Below the pieces are notes generated by a model that was given only the letters and a program-made list of their open reading frames with translations, searched no databases and was not told the DNA's origin. Both the position numbers and the translations under genes were made by a program. From assembly GCA_965248305.1 (NCBI GenBank), contig OZ252099.1:2416338-2480337 (forward strand): 64,000 nucleotides of DNA. The letters run 5' to 3'. Below are positions 1 through 9,121 of this stretch, piece after piece. The DNA comes from Bryobacterales bacterium (GTDB lineage Bacteria > Acidobacteriota > Terriglobia > Bryobacterales > UBA6623). Position 1 is the first letter of the stretch, and each line of letters opens with the position of its first letter.

Positions 1-109
1 ACCGGTCAGCCATCAAGAGAAAGCTCGGCCTCCGAGGACGAGCAGGCGTGTTGAAGAATGTAATACACGCGGGATGGCGGGTAACCCTCCGACCCGATAT
101 AGGGGTCGG

Positions 110-810
110 CTAGCGGGAACGGAATTGGGCCAGGCGCGTGTGCTCGACCAACTGCTGCATGTTCTGCAGCGTAAAGACCTTGCCTCGCGTGGAGCGAAGC
201 AGTTTCTTCATGTCCCCCCGGCGCACCTTGAACACTCTTCCGGCGATGCAGGCGACTTCCTCGAACCGCTTCCCGTCCGGGTGCCGCTGCAGGCTGAGTT
301 CTCCGAGATGGTGCACGCGCGTGACCTTGTCTCGGGCCGTGCCGTCGTCTTCGGTAAGCTTCGCCTCGATCACGACCCTCGGATTGAACTCGCTCGGGAT
401 CACGAAGTCCGGTGCCTGGTCGAAGCCGCGAAGCTGCTCTGCCCGCTTGGTCTTGCGATAGGTGATGCCGGCCCGGGAAAGGACGGCCTCGATGGCGTTT
501 TCCACGACGTCGCCCACGAGTTCGCTGACGGAATCCCGGTGGGCCGCGAACGGCCGGCCCAGGAGGCGCTCGTACAGCAGGACCGAGTACGGGGCTCCCA
601 GGGTTGCCAGCGATTGCAGGCTGGCCAGCCCGTCCCTCGTATCGGCCTTGTCAAGCCTGTGTAACTCTTCGGGACTGTCTTCGGAACTGCGGACGCCAGC
701 GCATGACAGGCCGCGGCGACCAGGGCGCGGATGCGTTGCCCCGTGGCATCTCCGACCCAAGCCAGCGCCGCGTCGGGACTCATCCGGATCCGCCGGTCCA
801 GGCTGCGCGC
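110..810 (-). pseudogene. PD-(D/E)XK restriction endonuclease-like gene, 5'-truncated and frameshifted
   Basis: Motif QAPDFVIP...VIEAKLTEDDGTARDK in ORF 110..760. The upstream part (RSLDRRIRMSPD...) lies in another frame and is fused to the Sel1 gene. Confidence 0.6.
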
Positions 811-1731
811 CGCCTCAATGTAGTCCTGCCGGATGCCATCGCCCTGGGCGTATCGATCACCGAGTCGGCATTGAGTTTTCGGACCGCCCTGTTCGGCCGC
901 TTTGCAGTACCAGAACTCCGCTTCACCTCGATCCTGATCGACACCGAGGCCGACTTCGTACATGAAGCCGAGACGCTCTTGCACGTCGGAGTGACCCAAT
1001 TGGGCGGCTTCCCGATACCACCGCGCTGCCTTGGTGTAGTTCTTCCTAGCACCTGTACCGCGCTCATACTTCAGTCCTAGGCGATGCTTTGCTTCTTCCC
1101 CACCAAACCTAGCTCGAAGCCAAACCCAACACCACCACGCAAGCCAGAGACCACAGAGAAACGCAATGCCGAAGACTAGAGGCACAAATTCCTCAGCATG
1201 GATTCTCCGGAAGGTGTCCTGAAGTGGAGTTCCAAGAATCGCAGCGACCGACCAACCGAGCCCCCAGAGGCCCACAGCACAGCAAGCCAAGAGAATCGCA
1301 TGCCGCCGATTCGTCGCGAACCGACTACGAATTGCAGCAGCACGCTCTGACGGAGTCACCAATAGGTCCTTCTTCGTCCTGCTCGCCTCTATTTTCAGCC
1401 ACCCTTCCTGGGCCTCGACCTCCCGCGTTGCATCGTTCATGGCTCCTGTCCAAATGAGCGCCGCAAGGGCGGCCAAAATGAAGACCACACCGAGAAGGCC
1501 CCCGGCGACCACCTCCAATAGCACCCCGGCATAGTGCAGACCGATCAAGGCCAGCGCACCCAGCGCCAAGAAATATAGGGTGCGAATGCGAATCTCGAAC
1601 TTCAGTCTACTCACTTGATGACAACGGTTAGAGTGCTGGCGTCGGCTATAGATACTCGAATCAACGCAAGGTCGGACACTGAGCGAAGGCCACCAGCTCG
1701 GGGGAGAGCCCTCTAGTAGCAGGAATTCCAT
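810..1731 (-). CDS. Membrane protein with Sel1-like repeats, C-terminally truncated/fused
   Basis: About 4 hydrophobic segments, then repeats LGLKYERGTGARKNYTKAARWYREAAQLG, LGFMYEVGLGVDQDRGEAEFWYCKAAEQG and LGDRYAQGDGIRQDYIEAA. Start codon uncertain. Confidence 0.75.
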
Positions 1732-2125
1732 GTCCGTCCCCCCGAAGACCTTGGTTGGGCTCTCCATTGCCTTCGATCCGAGCCATCGCTTCTGCGCTAG
1801 GCGCTAGCCGGAAAACGAGCGCAAACGGACGGCGTCTCGCGACCACTCAAGCAGGGACGGGTCCTGACTGTCTGATATCGGCAAGGGGACAGCTTTCTCT
1901 CAATCGACCTATGAGCACTCGCCGGAAAGCGACATCTCGCCTCACCAGTCCTCACTCTCGGCCTTTTTCCGCACCCCTGGACTACCGGAAAAGGAAGGCC
2001 CACATTCTAATGACGTTACGCCGTGGCCCCGGCCGACTCGCACAAGCGCCGGACAATTGCAAATTTTTTGTAATGTATGGTGAGACCAGCGGCGGGTTCT
2101 CCCCGGTCCCGACAGCAAGCCCACC

Positions 2126-4828
2126 ATGGTCGCCTCGATCGGCAAGATCCTCTCCTCCGTCCACGGCGTCGCCTATTACGAACGCGACGGCCACCACGCC
2201 CGCGGCGATCCCGCCCACCGCGAGGCCAGCGCCTGGGTTGGCCGCGGAGCCGCCGCGCTCGGCCTCTCCGGCGCCGTCGACCGCGCGCCCTTCAAGGCCG
2301 TGCTTGAGGGCCGCGTCCCTGGAGGTCCCCGCCTTGGCCGCCGCGACCGGCACGGCAACGTCAACCACCGCCCGGGCCGCGACATCACCCTCTCCGCCCC
2401 CAAGTCCGTCTCCCTGCTCGCCCTCGTGGGCGGCGACGGGCGAATCGTCGCCGCCCACGAGAAGGCGGTCCGTGCCACGTTGGAGTGGATCGAGTCCAAC
2501 GCCGTCGAAACCCGCCTCAAGGATCGCACCACCGGCGCGATCGTCCGCGCGGGCGGGCAGGGCATGGTCGCCGCCACCTTCCGTCACGACACCTCCCGCA
2601 ACCTCGATCCCCAGCTGCACACCCATTGCGTCGTCGCCAACATGGTCCGCTGCCCCGAGGGCAAGTGGCGGACCATGGTCAACGACGGCCTCTACAACTC
2701 CAAGTTGGCCGTCGGCGCGATCTATCGGGCCGCACTGGCGCGGGGCCTCCGTGAACTCGGATACCGGCTCGACCGGACCCACGCCGACGGGCGCTTCGAG
2801 ATCGTCGGCGTGGCGCGGGACTTCGTCCGTGCCTTCTCGACGCGACGGGCTGAGATCGAGGCGGCGCTTGCCGGACCCGGCCCGGGAGGCTTGGGCGCTC
2901 GGCCCGGCCTGACAGGCCTAGCCGCGCTGGTGACGCGCTCCGGCAAGCGCGACACGACCCGCGAAGAGGCCCGGCGCGCATGGTCCCTGCAGGCCAAAGG
3001 TCTGGGATTCCGCCCGGCAGCCCTGATCACGGAGGCGCAGGCCCGCCGGGCGTCAGCCCTGACCGAGCCCGGCAGCGCGCCGGCCAGAGCGGCGGAAGCC
3101 GTCCGGGACGCGGTGCGCGGCCTCGGCGAGCGCGACGTCGTGTTTCCCCATGCCGCCCTGCTCGTCGTCGCCCTCGGGCGCGAGCCCGGTGCCGTTACAG
3201 TCACAGAGGCCGAAACCGCGATCCGGGCGCTGCGCGCCGACCGGCGGCTGTTTCCGGCCGAAGGCTTCCGCCGCGGCCCGCACTGGACCTACGACCCGGC
3301 CATCGCCGCCGAGTCCGAGTCCATCGCCTGGATGCGCGCCGGGCTCGGTGCCGCCCGGGCCCTGCTGCGGCTGACGACCGTGGGAGGGCTGCTGCGCGGC
3401 AGCGGCCTCTTCCGCAAGCGCCGCGAGGCGCTCGCCTTTGCGCTTGCCTCCGGGGACCGGGTCATCGGTCTGCAAGGGTTTGAGGGCTCCGGCAAGGCCC
3501 CGATGCTCGACAGGCTGCGCGCAGTTGCCGAAACCGCAGCCTGTCAGGTGATCGGCCTCGCCCTGTCCGATCCAGAAGCGCGCGCCCTGCAGCGCGCCTC
3601 CGGAATCAGAAGCGAATCCCTGCCCCACTTCCTCGCCCGCCACGCCCTCGTTGCTGCGGGGCAGGTCAGCGCCCGCGTTCGGCAAGGACTGCGAGCCTCC
3701 TTTGATCGCACGCTGCAGGTCGTCGACCGGGCCTCGCACCTCTCCAGCGCGCAAATGTGCGACCTGCTGCGGGTCGCGGCCTCGCTGCGCGTCGCCCGAC
3801 TTGTCCTGCTCGGCGACGGCAACGGATCCGAAGACGCTCACTGGGGCGGGCCCTTCACCCAGTTGCTACGCGCCGGCATGCCGGCGGCGGTCATGACTGA
3901 GGCCGACCGCCGCCGCGAGGCCGATTGGAGCGAGGCGGCCCGTGCCCGCCTCGCCGTAGCCGTCCGCGCCGCGTTCGCCAAGCTAAGCGATCACGTCTCG
4001 GAGGTACCCTTGGAGCGTCTGGCCGTGGCCGCCGCGGCACTGTGGCTGGCCCTGCCCGCTACTGAGCGCGAGGCGACCGCAGTGCTGGCCCAGAGCCCCG
4101 CACTGCGTCAGGAGATCAACGCAGCGATCCGCAGTGGCCTCGTCCGGGAAGGCGCCGTGAGCGGTCCCGCCTGGCGGGGCCGGCGGCTGGTGCCTGTCGA
4201 CCTGAGCCGTGCCGCGCTCGCCGACCCGGCGAGCTACTTGCCGGGCGACACGGCGGTGTTCCTGCGCCCCTACAAGAGGCTCGGTGTCGGCAAGGGTTCC
4301 GAACGCACGGTGGCGGCAGTCGACGCGGAAACATCCGTCGTCTACCTCACCGGCCCAGGCGGCCGAGTCACGCACTGGAAGCCGGGCTCGCTCGCCGCAG
4401 CCGTCGGCGGCGTCGAGGTCTTCCGCGACGAGTCCCTGGAACTTCGCGCCGGAGACCGTGTCCGCTGGACGCACGACGATCTCGACTTGGGCATCTCCGC
4501 GAGCCTTCCCGCGCGAGTCGAAGCGGTCGGCACCGGCCGCGTCCGATTCCGGCTCGAGGACGGACGCATCGCCGAAGTCGTGGATCCCGAGCAACGGCTC
4601 CGCCACCTGGAGTGGGCATGGGCTTCCCTATCCGGCACCCCTCGATCCCGTGCGGCGAAGAACGTCATCGTCGCCGTTGAGACCGACGATCCCCGCCTCG
4701 CCGCGCATGCGGACCTGTACAGAGCCGTTGGTTCCGTTCCAGGCTGGGCGCGTCTCGTGTCCGACAACACCGCCCGGCTCGCCGACCTCCTTGAAGGTGC
4801 CAGCGGCGAGCGCCCTGACCGTTCCTAG
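2126..4828 (+). CDS. MOBF (TrwC/TraI-like) relaxase with degenerate helicase region
   Basis: N-terminal YYERDG, DITLSAPKSVS and HUH motif HDTSRNLDPQLHTH. Walker A/B are degraded (GFEGSGKAP, VVDRAS). Confidence 0.9.
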   Translation: MVASIGKILSSVHGVAYYERDGHHARGDPAHREASAWVGRGAAALGLSGAVDRAPFKAVLEGRVPGGPRLGRRDRHGNVNHRPGRDITLSAPKSVSLLALVGGDGRIVAAHEKAVRATLEWIESNAVETRLKDRTTGAIVRAGGQGMVAATFRHDTSRNLDPQLHTHCVVANMVRCPEGKWRTMVNDGLYNSKLAVGAIYRAALARGLRELGYRLDRTHADGRFEIVGVARDFVRAFSTRRAEIEAALAGPGPGGLGARPGLTGLAALVTRSGKRDTTREEARRAWSLQAKGLGFRPAALITEAQARRASALTEPGSAPARAAEAVRDAVRGLGERDVVFPHAALLVVALGREPGAVTVTEAETAIRALRADRRLFPAEGFRRGPHWTYDPAIAAESESIAWMRAGLGAARALLRLTTVGGLLRGSGLFRKRREALAFALASGDRVIGLQGFEGSGKAPMLDRLRAVAETAACQVIGLALSDPEARALQRASGIRSESLPHFLARHALVAAGQVSARVRQGLRASFDRTLQVVDRASHLSSAQMCDLLRVAASLRVARLVLLGDGNGSEDAHWGGPFTQLLRAGMPAAVMTEADRRREADWSEAARARLAVAVRAAFAKLSDHVSEVPLERLAVAAAALWLALPATEREATAVLAQSPALRQEINAAIRSGLVREGAVSGPAWRGRRLVPVDLSRAALADPASYLPGDTAVFLRPYKRLGVGKGSERTVAAVDAETSVVYLTGPGGRVTHWKPGSLAAAVGGVEVFRDESLELRAGDRVRWTHDDLDLGISASLPARVEAVGTGRVRFRLEDGRIAEVVDPEQRLRHLEWAWASLSGTPRSRAAKNVIVAVETDDPRLAAHADLYRAVGSVPGWARLVSDNTARLADLLEGASGERPDRS

Positions 4829-5268
4829 GCATCCCGGAGCGCCCGCCGGCCGCCGCAGCGTGGCAGCTTGGGGTTTTGGAACCACCCGCGCTCCTAGCCA
4901 CGCAGCCGCATCCGGGATAGACTCGACAGTATTGCGGACACCATGCACACGATTGCGCGAGTAGCCCCGTAGTGCCTCACAGACAAGACCACTCTCGGCG
5001 TCAACATTGCCGCCTCATTCGACCACTCCCGGTCGCTAGCTCCTCTCCCGCTGCTGCTCAGCAGCAGCACACTGTGCCCCCCCCCCCCCCACGATCGCCG
5101 CCAGCGCCGGCCACGGCATCGCGGCCTAGCCCTCCTGAATCAGCGCGCAGGGGGCCAGCCGTATCAGCGCATCCTCGGCCGTGCTGGCGTGGATCGTCGA
5201 GGTGGCGCCGACCGGAACTGCAGATCGCAGTTCGACCAAGCCCGATCCGCTGCTTCCGGGGCCCAGGC

Positions 5269-5519
5269 CTACTCCCGCGCGATGGGGCGCTTCCCGTGCT
5301 TGCGGAAGAGTTCGTTGAGTGCCTCGCCGAGCAGGGACTGGACAGTGCGGTCCTGCATGACGCCGAGCAGGCGCAGCTGGCGGTGGACGGCCGGGGAAAA
5401 GTGGCCGGCGATGGTGACGGTGCCGGGGCCGCGGTTCCGCGAAGGGCGGGGCGAAGGGGGGCTGTCTCGCCGTCGGGGCGCGAGAGCACGCTCGCGAAGG
5501 GGTTGTCAGTCTCAGGCAT
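5269..5519 (-). pseudogene. Ribbon-helix-helix (ParG-like) partition protein, frameshifted
   Basis: MPETDNPF... switches frame to TIAGHFSPAVHRQLRLLGVMQDRTVQSLLGEALNELFRKHGKRPIA, a paralogue of 7600..7851. Lies directly downstream of parA. Confidence 0.7.
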
Positions 5520-6104
5520 TTCGGTCTCCCATGTAGTGGCGCAGCCACGCTCCGAAGGTGCGGATCTCGCCAGCCGCCTTGCTGCGGGGGTACGCCTCCG
5601 CCACGGACAGGCCCAGGGGCAGGCAGTGCGCGAAGGCGGCACGCGCCCCGATCCGGGCCGGCGCGACCGCGGCCCCGTAGTCGCGCGCGGCGGGACTTGG
5701 TTCAGTACGACCGCGAAGGGAAGCGAGGCGAGAGCGCAAAGGCGGGCGGTGGCGTCCAGGGCTGCGATGTCGAACAGTCCGGGGCGGAGCGGGACCAGGG
5801 CCAGGTCGGCGGCGCGGGCCGCAGCCAGCGCGGCGGATTCGGAGTGCGGGGCGGTATCGATCACGACGAGGCCCGCGCCGGAGTGGCGGGCGGTGCCAAG
5901 GGCAGCCTCGAGGCGGGCGGCGGGAACGGCGCCCACGAACGGGGAGCGCCCCCGCTTGTCGCCCCAGAGGGCGGCGCTGGCCTGGGGGTCGAGGTCGACC
6001 AGGGCGGCCGAGCCGCCAGCGCCCTCGAAATCGGCGGCCACATGGACGGCCAGCGTGGTCTTGCCGGTGCCGCCCTTCTGGGCTAACAGTGCGATGGTGT
6101 ACAT
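5512..6104 (-). pseudogene. parA: ParA-family partition ATPase, frameshifted
   Basis: Motifs AQKGGTGKTT, VDLDPQAS, VIDTAP and VLNQ. The C-terminus (RAAFAHCLPLGLSV...AAGEI) is in frame 5512..5739. Confidence 0.85.
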
Positions 6105-6305
6105 TGCGTCCGCAACTCTGCCGAGTCTATCCCGGATGCGGCCGCCTGGCTAGGGGCGCGGGCCCTGCCACGCTCCCACACTGCTGCGATGCCACGAAGT
6201 CGGCGGCAGCCAACTGGCCCCCCACGTCTGGTCTGCCGCCATCGGCGTTTCCTGAGGAATGGAGCGTCTTGATCGACTCGTCCGGACCCAGGTCGTCCAG
6301 CCAGC
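6033..6305. repeat. Diverged direct repeat (parA 5' end plus upstream region), copy 1
   Basis: Aligns by eye with 26662..26932, e.g. gtacattgcgtccgc, ccgagtctatcccggat, ccccacgtctggtctgccgcc, ggaatggagcgtcttgatc. Confidence 0.85.
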
Positions 6306-6591
6306 TGGTGTGCCGGGGGATACGGACAAACCGTCCGTTTTCGCGACGGGCACTACGGGCCAAGCTCGCCTTGCCGCTCTCTCCGCAATTGCGCGTCGCA
6401 ACTGCTTGACGACTAACAGGGGACCGGTTTATTCCGGGCCGTCGTCAGGCCGCGACACAGCCTCCCTGGCCCGGTCGTCGTCGCGGAACCGGGCGAGCCA
6501 CTCAAGGACCTCTCCCACGCGCAGCACGCCACCCCGGTGTGGAATCCGCCCTACCACCTCATCGCGGAATCGCTCGAAGTTGTCTGCCAGC

Positions 6592-7158
6592 TCAGGCCGG
6601 TCGGAGTGCCCAGCCGCCTTCTCCCGCCTCCACGCGGTAGACCTCCGCCGCTCGGCGACTACTGCTGGCCTCGCGGTCAAGGCGCACTACGACGTCGATC
6701 GCCGTGGGGATGGCGGCGCAAGCGGCCTCCCACGAGAAGCCGTCCGCCAGGCTCCATGTCGCGACCTGACGGAGTGCCGTCTCGGCCGAGGTCGCACCTA
6801 TCGCAAGCAAGCTACCGTGATGGCGGCCGTCGCCTAGTGCCCGCAGAACCTCTCCGGCCTCGGGAGGGCACACGTTGGCGAAAACGAGGCGCCTGGGCGA
6901 GTCCCGGAGCGCTCGCGCCACGGCTTCGCGAGGCGATTCGGCAGGGTCGCCGCGCCGCAGGGGGACAAACTCGCGGAGCGGACCGTCCAAGTCCAGCTCT
7001 TCGCAGTCGTCCAGGACAAGCGCGGGCTCGTTGGACGGGAGCAGGCGTGCCAGCGCCTGCAGCAGGGTTGGCTTGCCTGCCCCGGTGATGCCGGTCACGA
7101 GGACGTTGCGCCGTTGGCTCAGGCACGGGCCGCAAGCCTCAAGCACCCCGGGGGCCAT
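6592..7158 (-). pseudogene. Truncated, degenerate VirB11/CpaF-type ATPase
   Basis: NVLVTGITGAGKPTLLQAL, LVLDDCEEL and ALRDSPRRLV. The N-terminal domain is missing and the catalytic motifs are altered. Confidence 0.7.
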
Positions 7159-7209
7159 GCGCCCATACCGAAAAGGTCTCTCGATACGTTGGTTGCCATA
7201 GAACCCACG

Positions 7210-7503
7210 CTAGCCGCGCGGCATCCGACTGGCAAGCACCCTCGGTCTCCTAACGCCCCCGCGCTCGACGTCCCACCCCCTGAACCACCCCAAGGCGCGC
7301 AGCCGGTCATCAGCGGCCTCGGGGCTCGCGCCTGGGCGGCGAGCCATCCAGCGGTCGAGCGCAAAGAGCAGTCCCGCGACCAGCGGGATGGCAGGGTAGC
7401 CGAAAGGATCGTTTCGCTGACTCGGCCGAGGGGCGCCTCGATCCGTCGTGCAGTCCGTCGCGGAGCGGAGCACGAGTTCCCAGGCGGCCGCGTACAGGCC
7501 CAC
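7210..7503 (-). CDS. Small hypothetical membrane protein
   Basis: ORF with one hydrophobic stretch (YPAIPLVAGLLFAL), co-oriented with its neighbours. Confidence 0.3.
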   Translation of the reverse strand: MGLYAAAWELVLRSATDCTTDRGAPRPSQRNDPFGYPAIPLVAGLLFALDRWMARRPGASPEAADDRLRALGWFRGWDVERGGVRRPRVLASRMPRG

Positions 7504-7599
7504 GCCGGCTAGGGCCGGAACGCGGCCCTGTGGACGCTGCGGATCTCCGGCCGCACTCGCTCCAGTCGCCCGGCCCCGCCCCGGCGGTCGGGGCCGGGC

Positions 7600-7851
7600 C
7601 TAGGCGATCGGCGGCAGCTTCCACTTCGCAAACAGCTCGTTCAGCGCCTCGGCCAGCACGGAGTGCATGCTGCGGCCCTCCTGCGCGGCCAGCACGCGGA
7701 GTTGGCGGTGCACGGGCTCGGCGAAGTGGGCGCCGACTAGCCTCGTGGTTCCGTCTCGCTGGCCGCGCTTTCCCTGCGGTCGTTTCGGCGACGGCTCCGG
7801 CTGTGCGCTGCCCCGCAGGGCGTCCGCTAGAGAATTCGTCTTCCTCGGCAT
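7600..7851 (-). CDS. Ribbon-helix-helix (ParG-like) protein
   Basis: LVGAHFAEPVHRQLRVLAAQEGRSMHSVLAEALNELF, with RBS GGAGG upstream. Follows a parA remnant. Confidence 0.8.
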   Translation of the reverse strand: MPRKTNSLADALRGSAQPEPSPKRPQGKRGQRDGTTRLVGAHFAEPVHRQLRVLAAQEGRSMHSVLAEALNELFAKWKLPPIA

Positions 7852-7876
7852 GGCTAGGCCTCCCTCCTATCCGCCG

Positions 7877-8160
7877 CTAGCGCTCCAGGCGCATCCGGGC
7901 CCAGCGGAAGAGTTCGCGGATCTCGGACGCGGCCTTGCCCGCCGGCTCGTGTTCGAGCACGCCGAGCCCGTTGGTGAGCGAATGCTGGAACGCCACGCGC
8001 GCGCCGACTCCGGCACGGGGCGACTTCCAGGCCGCGCCCGGTGATGGCTGCCGCTGCCTGCTCCGGCAGCGGCCCCCGCGACGGGGCCTGGTTCAGCACG
8101 ACGGCCGCCCGGACCCCGGCCAGCGCGCAGATGTCGGCGGTCGTTCCGAGAGCCCGCGCT
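7877..8160 (-). pseudogene. ParA C-terminal remnant
   Basis: ADICALAGVRAAVVLNQAP and RVAFQHSLTNGLGVLEHEPAGKAASEI in shifted frames. N-terminus absent. Confidence 0.65.
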
Positions 8161-8753
8161 TCGGCAGCGTCATCTCAGGCTTGATGCGGGACACCGGCAC
8201 GCTCATGGCCGAACGCAGCGACCGTCACGATCTGGCAGTTAGCCTCCTGAAAAAGGCCCGCAAGTGTTGTATCTCACAATATTCCGTCACGATTTCTCAC
8301 ATTGCTACCCACTCAGTGACAGCCCGATTTGTCGCACAATTCCGTCTGCTGCAGAAGAGAAGTGCGGGATGCGCTTCGTACCTCGCAGATTTCAAATGGC
8401 TTATCTGGACTTGGGCCAGAGCGGATGTTTCGAATTGGATCGATTCTCACACAATCCGCCAGCGGATTAATGGCGTGACGATTCAACGAAATAAAGTGAC
8501 TTACAACAGCAAGTACCGGCCCAACGACCCCCGGCTGCTGTGGGCGTTGGCACGGACCTACCGCATGGTCGCCCGGACGGACGAGAAACAGGCGGAAGCC
8601 GACAGCCTCCTGGCAGCGGCAGCCGAGCAGGACAAGCGGCGCATCTACCCGGCCATTCACCGGGACATCGCCTACGCCATGGCGAGCCAGTCGGAAGCCT
8701 ACGCTCCGGCCGCCGAGCAATGGTTGCGGCTATCGAGATACGCACATTCGTAA
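8150..8753 (+). pseudogene. Fragment of a helical-repeat (TPR-like) protein carrying an in-frame mini-transposon
   Basis: Removing the insert restores DLAVSLLKKARKYRPNDPRLLWALARTYRM..., a TPR-like helix-turn (P-N-D-P) pattern. Confidence 0.45.
8265..8508. mobile_element. 244-bp non-autonomous mini-transposon (TGTTGT...ACAACA ends)
   Basis: Imperfect TIRs TGTTGTATCTCACAATATTCCGT / TGTTGTAAGTCACTTTATTTCGT. 5-bp TSD GCAAG at 8260-8264 and 8509-8513. Lower GC than its flanks. Confidence 0.85.
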
Positions 8754-9121
8754 GGCGCAGCTCTATACTTGGATAGCTTGGCAAGATCCTCCAGCTCAAA
8801 TCGCAGGCGTTGCGCTAAGAATTCGAGTGCTCAATCCAACTAGTCCTTCGGCCGCGAGTTTCATAAGGTGGTTCAGGGCTTCATACGAATTGTGAACATT
8901 CCCATCATGTGCAAAGTGCGGACGTGACGTGGTGCCGTTGCCACCCCTCTCGATGAAGTTCCGCGAGACCTTGGGACGCGCGGTGCAGGCGTTCCCGTTG
9001 GATGGCTTCAGCCCATGTTGTCGTGGGGGCTCCGATTCCTTCAACAAGGCCTTTGTGAGGCGAACGGTTCGACCCAGCCAGCTTCGTTGTGAACAATCTT
9101 CTGCCAAGCTTAGACAAGTAT

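Noticed and set aside
2040-2085. AT-rich imperfect inverted repeat upstream of the relaxase as oriT
   Set aside because: Short and imperfect, with no recognisable MOBF nic site. It could simply be a promoter.
8796-9121. Possible CoiA-like remnant (RPHFAH motif)
   Set aside because: A single short motif with no coherent reading frame across the IS junction.
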